From assembly GCA_021772635.1 (NCBI GenBank), contig JAJFLP010000108.1, forward strand, positions 24,782 through 88,781: DNA of 64,000 bases, written 5' to 3'. Below, piece by piece: positions 1 to 10,120 of this stretch (its first letter is position 1; the number at the start of each line of letters is the position of its first letter). This DNA is from Verrucomicrobiota bacterium. Lineage in GTDB: Bacteria > Verrucomicrobiota > Lentisphaeria > JABSQK01 > JAJFLO01. Made by a program: the position numbers and the translations under genes. A model generated the notes under the pieces. The model was not told the DNA's origin. It was given only the letters and a program-made list of their open reading frames with translations, and searched no databases.

Positions 1-700
1 CCGCCGCGAGTCATGGCGTCACAAGCACCGGCGGCTGAGGACATCCGCCCTCCAGATTACACGGGCGAAGCGCATGTTGGAGTTCACGCTTTAGCGTGCA
101 AGTCAGTATTGCTGCAAGCTAAAGCTTGAACTCCAAAATACCGCCGAACCCAAGTTTCCTTTTGTATTAACCGACTCAGCGGAGCGCGTCGGTCGACGCT
201 CCTCTGAAACTTCGTCATTTTGACACACTAAAGTGTGAACTCCAACGGGTGCTACTTGCATACGAAAAGATAGGTGTTGTTAAGGTCCCCTGTTGGAGTT
301 CATGCTCTTGACACGACATAGCCATTGGCGACGGCGGTTCAGCGTGCCTTAACCTGAGTTTCCTATTATCTTAACCGGGGCGGTACGGCCCGGACGATTG
401 CTCCCTTGAAACGTGGGCATTTTGACACACTGAAGCGTGAACTCCAACGGCCCCGAACACATACCAATCCTTTAACTAAGTGATATTGGTATTGATAGAC
501 CCGGAATTATCGGGCAGTCGCCGCTTTCTTCAAACTTCGCGTATTTCTGATATTATACTGTTAGGTTTTTAACCCAAGATTCCGGATAATCACGCGTTGA
601 TCGCAGTAGCGTTTGAGCTCGCGCTTTGACCCGACGCGGCCCGACCGGCGACGGCAGGTCAGCGTGTTCTAATGAGCTAATAGTTTCTCCCATACTTGAT
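1..700. repeat. Composite array of hairpin repeats (family A). Inverted copies of GTTGGAGTTCACGCTTTAGCGTG / CACGCTAAAGCGTGAACTCCAAC are joined to a CAAGGGAGCAATCGTCCGGGCCGTACCG..CCGGTTAA module.
   Basis: Seen directly. GTTGGAGTTCAC at 76-98 pairs with GCTAAAGCTTGAACTCCAA at 118-136. Further arms lie at 222-247, 290-315 and 432-450. The stretch 340-400 is the reverse complement of 5776-5830 and of 6045-6100. A degenerate copy runs 640-700. Confidence 0.8.
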
Positions 701-794
701 CGGCGTAGCGAACGGCCACCGATGTTCGGGGCACTGAAATTTCGCTGTCCGAATCGATATCCATGTACGCTGCTCCCCGGTCACTCGGTAGGAC

Positions 795-1934
795 TCAAGC
801 GGGGGCTCCCTTCAAGGACCTCGATGCAATCGGTATCGATCCGAGTTCGCCCAGTCGCGGGTTCGCATCCAGGTCTAACTGACTCGTGGAGTCGTTGCAT
901 AAATAATAATATGCAAGTCCGCCTATCATCGCGGCATTGTCAGTGCAGTACTCTAGCGGCGCAATTGCGAGATTTATATCACGCGCGTCGACGGCAGCGC
1001 GGATTTTGGTCCGGAGTCGACTATTACAAGCTACCCCCCCGCAAAGTACTAAAGTTCTCGGTTGGTAATCGTCTATGGCCCAAACGGTTTTTCGCGTTAA
1101 CGCGTCGACGACTGCCTCCTGGTAACTTGCGACCGTATCTAAAAGTATCGGGTCGAGATTTGCAAGATTTTCTTTTACTGCAGAATCAGGCGTTACGAGC
1201 GAGTCGATTCCCGCCAATCCCTGTTTCTTCGCGTGATACAGTAGCGCGGTTTTAACACCGCTGAAGCTGAAGTTTAGTCGGTTTTCGGCACTTACTCGAG
1301 TTCCCGAAGTCCCCAGTAAACCGCGCGGGAATTGGAACTTCTCGGGATCACCGAAGGTCGCCATTTTATCAATCAATGGACCACCCGGATAACTTAAATT
1401 GAGAATTCTAGCGCCTTTGTCAAAGGCCTCGCCAGCGGCATCATCCAGTGTTCTACCGACAATGCGACAATCCCCGTCCAGCTGAATTAGAACTAATGCT
1501 GTGTGTCCGCCTGAAACCACGAGTGCGAGCACGGGAAAATTGCGTGGGTCGGCTATGAGTTCCTGTCTGTCTATGAACGCACCGAATATATGAGCCAGGA
1601 AGTGGTTAATACCGATAACAGGCCGGTCAATAGCCGCGGCCAACCCTTTTGCGTACGATATCCCGACCAGGAGGGCAGGAAGTAATCCGGGGGAGTGAGT
1701 CACTGCGACGGCATCGATATCTTTAAGTCCGACCTTCGCGGCGGCGAGGGCATAATCCACTGCTGGACCGATTGATCTCAGGTGTTCGCGTGCCGCTAAC
1801 TCCGGAATGACTCCTCCGTAGAGAGCGTGCTTATCAATTTGCGAGGTAATGACATTCGAGAGAATATCGTGGCCGTCGACTGCCACCGCGACCGCGGTTT
1901 CGTCGCAACTCGTTTCAATACCGAGAATGTGCAT
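795..1934 (-). CDS. tsaD: tRNA N6-adenosine threonylcarbamoyltransferase TsaD (Kae1/Gcp family)
   Basis: N-terminus MHILGIETSCDETAVAV, with HSPGLLPALLVG and GGVACN motifs typical of TsaD. At 379 aa it is somewhat longer than usual at the C-terminus. Confidence 0.9.
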   Translation of the reverse strand: MHILGIETSCDETAVAVAVDGHDILSNVITSQIDKHALYGGVIPELAAREHLRSIGPAVDYALAAAKVGLKDIDAVAVTHSPGLLPALLVGISYAKGLAAAIDRPVIGINHFLAHIFGAFIDRQELIADPRNFPVLALVVSGGHTALVLIQLDGDCRIVGRTLDDAAGEAFDKGARILNLSYPGGPLIDKMATFGDPEKFQFPRGLLGTSGTRVSAENRLNFSFSGVKTALLYHAKKQGLAGIDSLVTPDSAVKENLANLDPILLDTVASYQEAVVDALTRKTVWAIDDYQPRTLVLCGGVACNSRLRTKIRAAVDARDINLAIAPLEYCTDNAAMIGGLAYYYLCNDSTSQLDLDANPRLGELGSIPIASRSLKGAPA

Positions 1935-2133
1935 ATACTGATCGTCTTCGAGTTTTTTAACGCCATTAAGGCACGCTATAGTTTTGCCGGACAGAAAAAC
2001 GGCGGAAGTTCATGCTGTAGTCCACCACCACGGCGAGACATGTTGCCGGTTAAAAAGTATGATCGGAAAATTCGACTGGCGTGGCGGTCGAAATCTGCAG
2101 CCTAGTACCATGTAATGGTGCTAGACTGAGGGG

Positions 2134-3474
2134 TTACTCCTCGCTTTCGTTACGCTCTAAGGTGTCGTCGGTCGGGAGTTCCGCGGACTTGAGAATCTTA
2201 GCGAAGTCGACCTCTCTTCCTTTCGACATCACCGTGAGTCCTTTCAATACCTCTATTGCACGGCTTAGTTGTTTGTCTTCTATATCCTCGACCTTCAGCT
2301 CCTGGTCGTCAATACTTCCGGCGATTCTCGAACGCTGCAGCGCGAGTTTGTGCGCGTCTTCATCGCTAATATCTACGACAAAATCCGGCTCAATACCGTT
2401 GTCGTGAATTACTCGTCGACTTGGCGTATAGTACTTCGCCGTCGTTAAACGGACCGCGCTACCATCATCAACCTCGATTATACTTTGGACCGAGCCTTTC
2501 CCGAAACTTTTCTCTCCAACAATCAGCGCGCGCCCATAGTCTTGGAGACACCCCGCGACAATCTCCGCGGCGCTGGCGCTCCCTTCGTTTATCAAGACTG
2601 CAATAGGCCAGTCAAGATACTTGTCTTCGGACGACGACCGATATTCCTGCTTACGGCTTTCGGTTCGACCCTCCGTGGACACGATTAGCTGGCGCTTTGG
2701 AATAAACAGGGAACTAACGTCAACGGCAGACGTTAATAAGCCACCTGGGTTGTTACGCAGATCAAGGACAAGCGCCTTTATCTCTTTCCCTTTAAATTTC
2801 TGAAGTTCCTGGCCAAGAGAATCGGCAGATTTTTCGTTAAATTGCGTTATCCGGATATATCCAATTTCAGGCTCTACTATCTTCGTATCCTTTATCGTGG
2901 CAATCTCGATAATTGCGCGTTCGATAGTCAGCGTCTTAGTTTCCTTGGTGGATGGTCGGAAGACCGTTATTTCCACCACAGTCCCGAGGTCTCCCTTTAT
3001 TAAGTTCACTGCCTGATCCAAAGTTAAGTCGGCGGTCTCTTTATCATTGACTTTAATTATCTTATCGCCGGCAAGAATTCCCGCCTTCATCCCCGGTGTA
3101 TTATCCATCGGTGCAACAACGGTCAACACACCATCTTTCATCGATATAACGACGCCGATACCACCGAACTCACCTTCTGTTTCCTCTCGCATTTTCCCAT
3201 ATTCTTCCGGGGTAATAAACGAACTGAAGCGATCCAGCGAAGTCAACATTCCCTGCATAGCGCCGTATATGAGGTCCTGATAATCAATTTTTGATTCGTC
3301 GACGTAGTTCTTGCGAATAAGTTTCAACACATTCGCGAACTGCCTGATCGTCTGATATCCCTTTTCCTGTCCGGTTTCCTTTTCTATTGCGGAGTGGACG
3401 TTAAATCCGATAATCAGATTGCACGTCAAGGCGACGATTATACAATAGAAAATAATATTCAGTCGTTTCGGCAT
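2134..3474 (-). CDS. ctpA: C-terminal processing (tail-specific) peptidase, S41 family, with a PDZ domain
   Basis: N-terminal signal or anchor, a PDZ region (GDKIIKVND) and the S41 core LVLDLRNNPGG...SASAAEI. Confidence 0.85.
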   Translation of the reverse strand: MPKRLNIIFYCIIVALTCNLIIGFNVHSAIEKETGQEKGYQTIRQFANVLKLIRKNYVDESKIDYQDLIYGAMQGMLTSLDRFSSFITPEEYGKMREETEGEFGGIGVVISMKDGVLTVVAPMDNTPGMKAGILAGDKIIKVNDKETADLTLDQAVNLIKGDLGTVVEITVFRPSTKETKTLTIERAIIEIATIKDTKIVEPEIGYIRITQFNEKSADSLGQELQKFKGKEIKALVLDLRNNPGGLLTSAVDVSSLFIPKRQLIVSTEGRTESRKQEYRSSSEDKYLDWPIAVLINEGSASAAEIVAGCLQDYGRALIVGEKSFGKGSVQSIIEVDDGSAVRLTTAKYYTPSRRVIHDNGIEPDFVVDISDEDAHKLALQRSRIAGSIDDQELKVEDIEDKQLSRAIEVLKGLTVMSKGREVDFAKILKSAELPTDDTLERNESEE

Positions 3475-3630
3475 AATCAGCTATTAATCGATTAAAGTTG
3501 GATACTTGTAAATCGGTTCATCGACCACCAATCTACTACGCGAGTAATTATTCGTAAACTGACGGCTGAAAGTATTTCTGCCACATTGGCTGGCGGGGCT
3601 TATTGGGATTTTGACGGCGATCATACGTTA

Positions 3631-3685
3631 ATCCCACCAGTGGGTTTAATTCCCGACGCTTGGCCCGAGGCAGTTGATTTAACAC
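3631..3685. repeat. Repeat module U: CCACCAGTGGGTTTAATTCCCGAC...GGCCCGAGGCAGTTGATTTAA
   Basis: The same bipartite motif recurs at 30563-30668 and 57739-57853. The left half alone recurs at 5965-5980. All four copies sit in 5' or divergent intergenic regions. Confidence 0.6.
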
Positions 3686-3983
3686 GAATGTAATTTGATT
3701 ATTGTCTATTCGCAACGGACAACGACAACACAAAGAGCGACGACATAGTATTATTGGGTACGCTTTTATCCTGCGCCGGATGTTTATTGACGGGAAAGAC
3801 ACCTTCCTATTTCGTGTCGTATGGCGAACCCTAAGACACTCGCAAATTACTAATCCCCGACTGGGGTTCTTTCGCCGGTGCTAACAGCAGCGATCATCCT
3901 CTTTGGGTTACGTCCTTACTTACAGTGTGGAATGAGGCGCCGTAAAAGATATTTTCTCAAGCGGTCCTAATGATTACATACCG

Positions 3984-5432
3984 ATGAAAACCGAAGATCG
4001 TCGAGACGATAACATTAACCATACCATTTCCGGAACAGTTCAAGGGTTCCTCGCCGGCTTGATCAGCCTTCCGACTGGCGTAGTAACTGCCGGATTCCTT
4101 TCGCGGAATCTTGGTCCGGAAAATTACGGGCTATTAACCGTCGCCGCGTCGATAGTGTTAACGGTAGAAGTCATTGTCACGGTCGGGTTTTGCCGGACCG
4201 CTGTAAAGTTCGTCTCTGAATCGGACGATTGGGAAAAGTCGGCATCCGCGATTTTGCATACACAATTCATCGTGAGCTTGGTAGCAGCTGCTGGTTTGTT
4301 CGTCGCGGCACCTTTCTTCGCGTCAATGCTGAACGCTGAAGCGCTAACCTTCTATCTTCGCCTTTTTTCATTAGATATTCCCTTTTTCGCGCTTAGCAAC
4401 GTTCATCAATCTATCCTTGTCGGGCGCGGACGTTACGGGAATCGCGCTTTCCTAATCGGCGGTTACTGGATTATGCGCATGGTTTTCGTAATCGTCCTTG
4501 TCGGCGCCGGACTCTCTGTAAGCGGTGCAATAATTGCGGGGATTTCTGCATCGGCTACGGTGTTAATTGGAGCTAGATGTCTTATTCAATCACCATTTCT
4601 TCGCCGTCAGCCCGCGTTTCCAGTTGCGAGAATATGGAATTACGCGATTCCGCTGTTCGTATACATCATTGGAATTAGTTTGTTCAAGGCGTTGGATTTA
4701 TTAGTCGTAAAAGGTCTCGTAGATTCGCCGGCAGTTGCCGGATATTACGGTGCTGCGCGGAATTTAACGATCGTTCCGATACTATTTGCATCGGCCCTCT
4801 CACCGTTGGTGCTAGCAAAGTTAACGGAATTCCTACGCTCCGACGAGATCGACGCCGCACGGGATTTGACCAAAAGCGCGATGCGTTCGGTCGTGTGCCT
4901 GCTACCATTCGCTGGTATGACTGCAGGAGCGGCCGATGAGATCGTGGTTGCTATATATGGCGGTGATTTCCGGCCGGCCGGCGGGCTGCTCAGCCTGCTT
5001 ATATTCGCTTCTCTCGGGCAGGTGATGATCTCCTTGGTCGTCGGAGTCCTGGTCGCGCTCGAAAGACCCAATTTAACTGCAGTTTTCACCCTGCCATTGG
5101 TGCCCTTAGCATTCGTTTTACACTGGCTCATAGTGCCATCCTACGGTGCCGTCGGTGCTGCCTGGATTACGACTTTTCTGACCACGTTATCTGCTATATT
5201 GCTTATAGTCGCAGTACACAGAATTTTCCAGAGTTTTCCTCCGCTGTGGCCCGGGTTGCGAAGTGTTGCGATCTGCATTGGCGCTTACTTTCTCGCGTCA
5301 GGTTGGTCGACTCCCGGTTTTTTTGTATTTTTCAAAATTACGCTGATTTCCGGTTTAATTCTGTTGACGTATATTTTAGTTGAAGAAGTCAAGATAAACG
5401 ATCTTGCTTCAATAAAGGCATTCGGTAGTTAA
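3984..5432 (+). CDS. Polytopic membrane protein of the MOP/Wzx-like polysaccharide flippase superfamily
   Basis: A 482-aa ORF with about 12-14 hydrophobic segments and no soluble domain, matching the general Wzx/MATE-like topology. The family call rests on composition and architecture only. Confidence 0.5.
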   Translation: MKTEDRRDDNINHTISGTVQGFLAGLISLPTGVVTAGFLSRNLGPENYGLLTVAASIVLTVEVIVTVGFCRTAVKFVSESDDWEKSASAILHTQFIVSLVAAAGLFVAAPFFASMLNAEALTFYLRLFSLDIPFFALSNVHQSILVGRGRYGNRAFLIGGYWIMRMVFVIVLVGAGLSVSGAIIAGISASATVLIGARCLIQSPFLRRQPAFPVARIWNYAIPLFVYIIGISLFKALDLLVVKGLVDSPAVAGYYGAARNLTIVPILFASALSPLVLAKLTEFLRSDEIDAARDLTKSAMRSVVCLLPFAGMTAGAADEIVVAIYGGDFRPAGGLLSLLIFASLGQVMISLVVGVLVALERPNLTAVFTLPLVPLAFVLHWLIVPSYGAVGAAWITTFLTTLSAILLIVAVHRIFQSFPPLWPGLRSVAICIGAYFLASGWSTPGFFVFFKITLISGLILLTYILVEEVKINDLASIKAFGS

Positions 5433-5439
5433 TATTAAT

Positions 5440-6215
5440 CTTGTGCGGCAGAGCACGTCCATAACCGCTCGTTCGTAGCGGCGTAGTGCGTAATATTACC
5501 TCGCGGTATACTGGAGACTTGCGCCGGCGGCAGCCCCCCCTGGCGCACGGATTATCGGTCGTTGTACTGCCCGCGATCTCTCTCCGCATTCTCGGAGTCC
5601 GCTCGTCCGGACCGCATCAGCGAGAGTCTCGGACATTCTGAATCGGGATTAAGAAACAAGCAGTAAAATTTTGGGTCCGTATGAACGGACTCCGCTCGCG
5701 CGGAGCTGACTTTGAATTCATTACTTAAGGGATATCGAATGTGTCATGCAGAAAATAAAATATGGAACAGGAAGGGAGCAACCGTCCGGGCCGTACCGGG
5801 CCGGTTAATAAAATAGGAAACTTGGGTTCGTCGGCATTTTGGAGTTAAAGCTTTAGTTTGCAGTAATACCGACTTACAAGCTGAAGCTTGAACTCCAAAG
5901 GCCGCACAGTCGAGCCGATATTGAATGTGATAAGCAGCCTCAAAATCTTTTAAGTTTCAGAGGAGCCCACCAGTGGGTTTCTTTTTTGACCCACTTATTA
6001 CAATACGAAACGGGCCCACAATATTGAAGATTTCCGCCAAGTTTCAAGGGAGCAATCGTCCGGGCCGTACCGCCCCGGTTAATATAAAAGGAAACTTTAG
6101 ATACGACACGCTAAAGCGCGAACTCCAACAGCGATCACTGCAACACGAATTCGCTGGTATGCTGGAGTGCCCGTTGGAGTTCACACTTTAGTGTGTCAAA
6201 ATGACGAAGTTTCAA
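5440..6215. repeat. Composite repeat array built from modules S, T-reverse and A, plus two copies of the CAAGGGAGCAATCGTCCGGGCCGTACCG module
   Basis: The run 5575-5665 matches 53350-53430. The run 5680-5745 is the reverse complement of 46340-46400. Runs 5776-5830 and 6045-6100 are direct copies of each other. Hairpins GTTGGAGTT..AACTCCAA lie at 5835-5895, 6113-6135 and 6170-6195. Confidence 0.8.
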
Positions 6216-7658
6216 GGGAGTCCTGTGGATTTATATACCCGAATAAACCGATTACGCTTAGACCGTCTGCCAACTGATAACCGAGTATGGATTATCTTGG
6301 TGAGAGCGACTTTCAGTTTTCGGAATCTGGGGCGGTCGGTCTGGGCGTTCGTCCTCCCTGTAATGTTGATTTCACCTGTAACGACCGTCGGACAGGTATT
6401 GGACGACATCGATTTCTCCTTCTCTATCGAGACTCGAGCTCACGTCCGAGACAGCGAGGGCAACGATTTTCCTATCAATTTTCCGACTAACGCCGCATTA
6501 AAAACGGTTGACCCGGGAACTAACCTGGAGATTTCGACAGTTACACTTCGGTCGGATATTGACTACAAGGATCTCCTTCGACTTCGACTAAGAGTTCAGT
6601 TAATAGATTTATATGACCGCAATTCAACATCGGACGACTCGAAGATTGACGTCGACGAATATTCTCTACGCATTGGCACTGAGGTACCTGCTGGCGAAAC
6701 ACCTGTCAACGACGCGCGAAATATATACCTGAAATTGGGGAAATTCGGTAAGTTCGAGCGGCAACGGGATCGTCATCTCGAAAGCTATGGGCTGGTTTCG
6801 ACTGCGTTTAATCGCTTCGAAGACCTGGGACTCGAGATCGGATTCGATATATCACCGCATGTCTATGTGAAGGGCTCATTGACATCGGGCAATCCACTTT
6901 TTATCCGCGACCCCAACGCCCTTGCTGGCGACAATGGAACTTCCGATTTTCTTCGAAAGCGCGATCCCAAGTTGAATAATGGCGTTGTTATACTGTATGA
7001 CGCGGAAGTTGAGAATCTCCAGTTCGATCATGAGTTCGCAGAGATCGGGCTCGGCTTGGGCGTTCGGTTCGTCAACCCGGAGGCAACGCGTTATCTCGAC
7101 TTTCTACTGTTCGCATATGAACGAGACTTGAAACGAGAGGCGAAATTATTTGGGACTTTGTACGGAGGAGATCTCGACGTCCTCGATGCCCCGGGGCCGA
7201 ATACCTTTCAGGATGGAGAGGTCGTATTGAACGGCTTGACCGGGGATTACAAGCGTGAGTATGGTGCTAGTTTATGGATATATCTCGACGATTTCGCTGT
7301 GTTCGGGCAGTTCGTCCAACAGGATGTCGGCGGGCTGGATCGCGAAGGCTGGGAAGTTGAAGTCTCCCGTAAGTATTTTATGCCGGAGACGCTATCTATC
7401 AGAGGAGTTCCAATTCTTATATCTATTACACCGGTAATTCGTTACTCTATAATTGATCCCGACTTCACGGGTCCAGGGGACTTCCCGGCACCGAGCACTT
7501 TCTGGGAATGGGAGAAGGTTGATATCGGGGTGAAATTCGGAATAATGCGGGGGCTGGATGTCACGGTCGAGTATGCGTTCAATGAATTCGTGCGTAGCGG
7601 TCGAGATGAGGAGAATAATGAATGGTTAACTACCTTGCGGTGGCGGTACGGGTTCTAG
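6201..7658 (+). CDS. Putative outer-membrane beta-barrel protein (porin-like). The start codon is uncertain.
   Basis: The C-terminus ends ...LRWRYGF, a terminal aromatic typical of OMP barrels, with alternating hydrophilic and hydrophobic strands. The first ATG at 6201 lies inside a repeat copy (ATGACGAAGTTTCAAGGGAG), so the real start is probably downstream, near 6290-6340, ahead of a signal-like VWAFVLPVMLISPVTTVGQ. Confidence 0.55.
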   Translation: MTKFQGSPVDLYTRINRLRLDRLPTDNRVWIILVRATFSFRNLGRSVWAFVLPVMLISPVTTVGQVLDDIDFSFSIETRAHVRDSEGNDFPINFPTNAALKTVDPGTNLEISTVTLRSDIDYKDLLRLRLRVQLIDLYDRNSTSDDSKIDVDEYSLRIGTEVPAGETPVNDARNIYLKLGKFGKFERQRDRHLESYGLVSTAFNRFEDLGLEIGFDISPHVYVKGSLTSGNPLFIRDPNALAGDNGTSDFLRKRDPKLNNGVVILYDAEVENLQFDHEFAEIGLGLGVRFVNPEATRYLDFLLFAYERDLKREAKLFGTLYGGDLDVLDAPGPNTFQDGEVVLNGLTGDYKREYGASLWIYLDDFAVFGQFVQQDVGGLDREGWEVEVSRKYFMPETLSIRGVPILISITPVIRYSIIDPDFTGPGDFPAPSTFWEWEKVDIGVKFGIMRGLDVTVEYAFNEFVRSGRDEENNEWLTTLRWRYGF

Positions 7659-7725
7659 AGAAAACGTCGCCTGATTCGACTCAGTGAGGCCGCGGAGTAA
7701 GAATCGGAACGCGAGTAATACGCTG

Positions 7726-8349
7726 TTAATTTAGGAGATCGGCGTGTTCGTTATGTCCGTACCGCGCGCCTGGCAGATCTCGGTCGCGCGTATAAGGCGG
7801 TGTTTCAGAGGTGGGCATTTGGTAATCTGGAAAATCCTCCAGCCATTGCGCTCGCGACTCGTCGTCTGCGAAATACCTGAGGTATAACTGGATATCTTCA
7901 TCGCTACCGCTTCCGACGAGGTCAACATAGAAGGCGGAGTGTTCATCCAATGGGATAATTACAGTCTCCTCCCGTAAATGTTTATCCCATAGTCGGCTGT
8001 ATAGAGCGCGGTCATTCAGATGATTCGTGTTCTCCAGAAATACGCGGAATCCAGCTAGTGCCTCGACGAGCAGCCATAAACGAAGGCGCAGCTCTGCCTC
8101 ATTCATTGCGTCAGGCGGAGTAAGTTCGAATCCCGCGTTAACGAGTTCCTGAAAATAGTTTCCTTTCGGCATTTTCTCGAAGTCAACAATTCGTTGCCAG
8201 AATTGCTCTTCGACTTCTGGCGGACAATCTGTTGAATCCGTGAAGAATACCTTCCCGCCGGCTATCCTTTCGGCCTCGCGCTTAAGCTTGCTGATCCGTA
8301 TTTCTATATCGACGCGTTTGAGCTTCTCGTTCAGATTTTCTTCATCCAT
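7726..8349 (-). CDS. Hypothetical acidic cytoplasmic protein
   Basis: A clean 207-aa ORF fills the gap between neighbouring genes. No recognisable motif. Confidence 0.45.
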   Translation of the reverse strand: MDEENLNEKLKRVDIEIRISKLKREAERIAGGKVFFTDSTDCPPEVEEQFWQRIVDFEKMPKGNYFQELVNAGFELTPPDAMNEAELRLRLWLLVEALAGFRVFLENTNHLNDRALYSRLWDKHLREETVIIPLDEHSAFYVDLVGSGSDEDIQLYLRYFADDESRAQWLEDFPDYQMPTSETPPYTRDRDLPGARYGHNEHADLLN

Positions 8350-8459
8350 ATTGCCAGCTATCCATTTGCAGGTTGTTGCGGTACCGATTACCTACGAGTG
8401 TTCGAAATCACTTCTGTATACCGAATAAGGCGGGGGGCGAATATTAGATTACGTACAAT

Positions 8460-9935
8460 TTACATAATGCGTGGTAAATCGCCATCGCCCTTTCCAGGCA
8501 AGTTCGAGGTTGTCCCTAAGTACTGGTCAACACATCTAGCGGCTTCCCGACCCTCGCTAATTGCCCAGACGATAAGTGACTGTCCCCTGCGGGCGTCGCC
8601 AGCGGCGAAAATCCCGGGGACACTGGACATATAGTTCGCGTCACACTTAACATTCGTCCGTGCATCCAGTTCGAGACCAAGTTGATCCACAATAGTATTC
8701 GTTTCCGGGCCCATAAATCCTAACGCCAAGAGTACGAGGTCGGCGGCCCAGTCCTTTTCACTTCCCGGGACTTCTTTCATTGTCGGACGTCCGCCGTTCT
8801 TGGATGGTTCAAATTCTACATTAACTGTCGTTAACTTCTCAATCTTTCCGTTCGATCCCTTAAATTCTTTCGTAAGGATGCTCCAATTCCGTCCGACACC
8901 TTCTTCGTGGGAGGAACTCGAACGCATGCGCATTGGCCAGAAAGGCCAGGGGTATTGTTCCGATCGTCCATCCGGCGGTTGTGGTAGCAGTTCAAAGTTG
9001 GTTACCGATCTTGCACCCTGTCTGTTCGAAGTGCCGATACAGTCGCTCCCGGTATCGCCTCCACCGATTACGATAACATCTTTGCCTGTCGCCGATATTT
9101 GGACAATCCCGCTGGCTGAAAGATCGTCGCCAGCGTCGATTTTATTCTGTTGCGGCAAAAATTTCATTGCCAAATGTACTCCGCTGAGATCCCGACCAGG
9201 AACCGGTAGATCTCTGCCCGTGGTTGCACCGATGCATAGTATTGTCGCATCAAACTTATTCAAATCCTCCGCGGTTAGATCAACTCCGACGTTTACACTC
9301 GGCTCGAATGTCACGCCTTCTTCTTCCATGATCTTGAGCCGCCGATCAATGACCCATTTCTCCATCTTAAATTCGGGGATTCCGTAGCGGAGTAACCCGC
9401 CTATACGATCATCGCGCTCGAATACCTTGACCGTATGTCCCGCACGATTTAGTTGTTGCGCGGCTGCCAATCCCGCTGGGCCGGAACCGATGATGGCGAT
9501 AGTTTTCCCCGATCGCATAGCGGGTGGTTCCGGTTTAATCCAGCCCTCATCGAAGGCACGCTCGACGATCTGCTTTTCAATTTCTTCAATTGTAACCGGA
9601 GAATCGTTAATCCCCAGAACACACGCCTCTTCGCACGGTGCCGGGCATAACCGTCCCGTGAACTCGGGGAAATTGTTTGTCGAATGCAATTGGACGATAG
9701 CAGCTTTCCACTGGTCTTCATATACGAGCTCGTTCCAATCCGGGATAAGGTTCCCGAGTGGGCACCCGGCATGACATGTCGGTACGCCGCAATTCATGCA
9801 ACGTGCGGCTTGGTCTCGAACATGTTCAGCTGGATGCGGAAAGTAGAACTCCTTAAAATTTTTTAGACGTTCATCGACAGGATGCCGTTTCGGCATCTCC
9901 CGCGTGAACTCCATAAATCCGGTTGGCTTTCCCAT
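8460..9935 (-). CDS. gltD: Glutamate synthase (NADPH) small subunit
   Basis: Fe-S cysteine cluster CMNCGVPTCHAGCP, the FAD/NAD Rossmann motif IAIIGSGPAGLAAA and a second VIVIGGGDTGSDC motif. It lies immediately downstream of gltB. Confidence 0.9.
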   Translation of the reverse strand: MGKPTGFMEFTREMPKRHPVDERLKNFKEFYFPHPAEHVRDQAARCMNCGVPTCHAGCPLGNLIPDWNELVYEDQWKAAIVQLHSTNNFPEFTGRLCPAPCEEACVLGINDSPVTIEEIEKQIVERAFDEGWIKPEPPAMRSGKTIAIIGSGPAGLAAAQQLNRAGHTVKVFERDDRIGGLLRYGIPEFKMEKWVIDRRLKIMEEEGVTFEPSVNVGVDLTAEDLNKFDATILCIGATTGRDLPVPGRDLSGVHLAMKFLPQQNKIDAGDDLSASGIVQISATGKDVIVIGGGDTGSDCIGTSNRQGARSVTNFELLPQPPDGRSEQYPWPFWPMRMRSSSSHEEGVGRNWSILTKEFKGSNGKIEKLTTVNVEFEPSKNGGRPTMKEVPGSEKDWAADLVLLALGFMGPETNTIVDQLGLELDARTNVKCDANYMSSVPGIFAAGDARRGQSLIVWAISEGREAARCVDQYLGTTSNLPGKGDGDLPRIM

Positions 9936-10054
9936 AATTTCTTCCGTTAGAGTAGTTTTAATATTTTCGGACTTTTTTGCGCGATTAATCTATACCGCAA
10001 GCGGTACAATTTTCCGACGACTTTGAAATGATTGCGTAAGAGACTCCGAGCGAT

Positions 10055-10085
10055 TTTTCGTCCCGCATGCGGTATGAAGACGCTT
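10055..10085. repeat. Single reverse-orientation copy of hairpin module T (CGTCTTCATaCCGCATGCGGGACGAAAAAT)
   Basis: Contains the palindrome CCGCATGCGG. It matches 46338-46365, 63895-63925 and 54681-54700, and sits in the gltB-gltD spacer. Confidence 0.6.
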
Positions 10086-10120
10086 AGGCTAAATCACTCA
10101 AGAACTGGACTGTTTAAAGT

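Noticed and set aside
76-136. Possible integron attC site or cassette array, suggested by GTTGGAG...CTCCAAC imperfect inverted repeats.
   Set aside because: The ends do not fit the R'/R'' core GTTRRRY/RYYYAAC. No intI or cassette ORFs are nearby, and the same hairpin is scattered singly across the window.
626-1255. A 209-aa plus-strand ORF.
   Set aside because: It runs antisense to the well-supported tsaD gene and starts inside the repeat array. Its composition is Arg, Ser and Pro-rich, typical of an antisense artefact.
5440-6215. CRISPR array.
   Set aside because: Repeats are not regularly spaced and occur in both orientations. They are heterogeneous modules rather than one direct repeat with unique spacers, and no cas genes are present.
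8800-9774. Several 100-195-aa ORFs antisense to gltD. Similar ORFs lie inside gltB at 10386-12646.
   Set aside because: Shadow ORFs opposite highly conserved genes. No independent signals.
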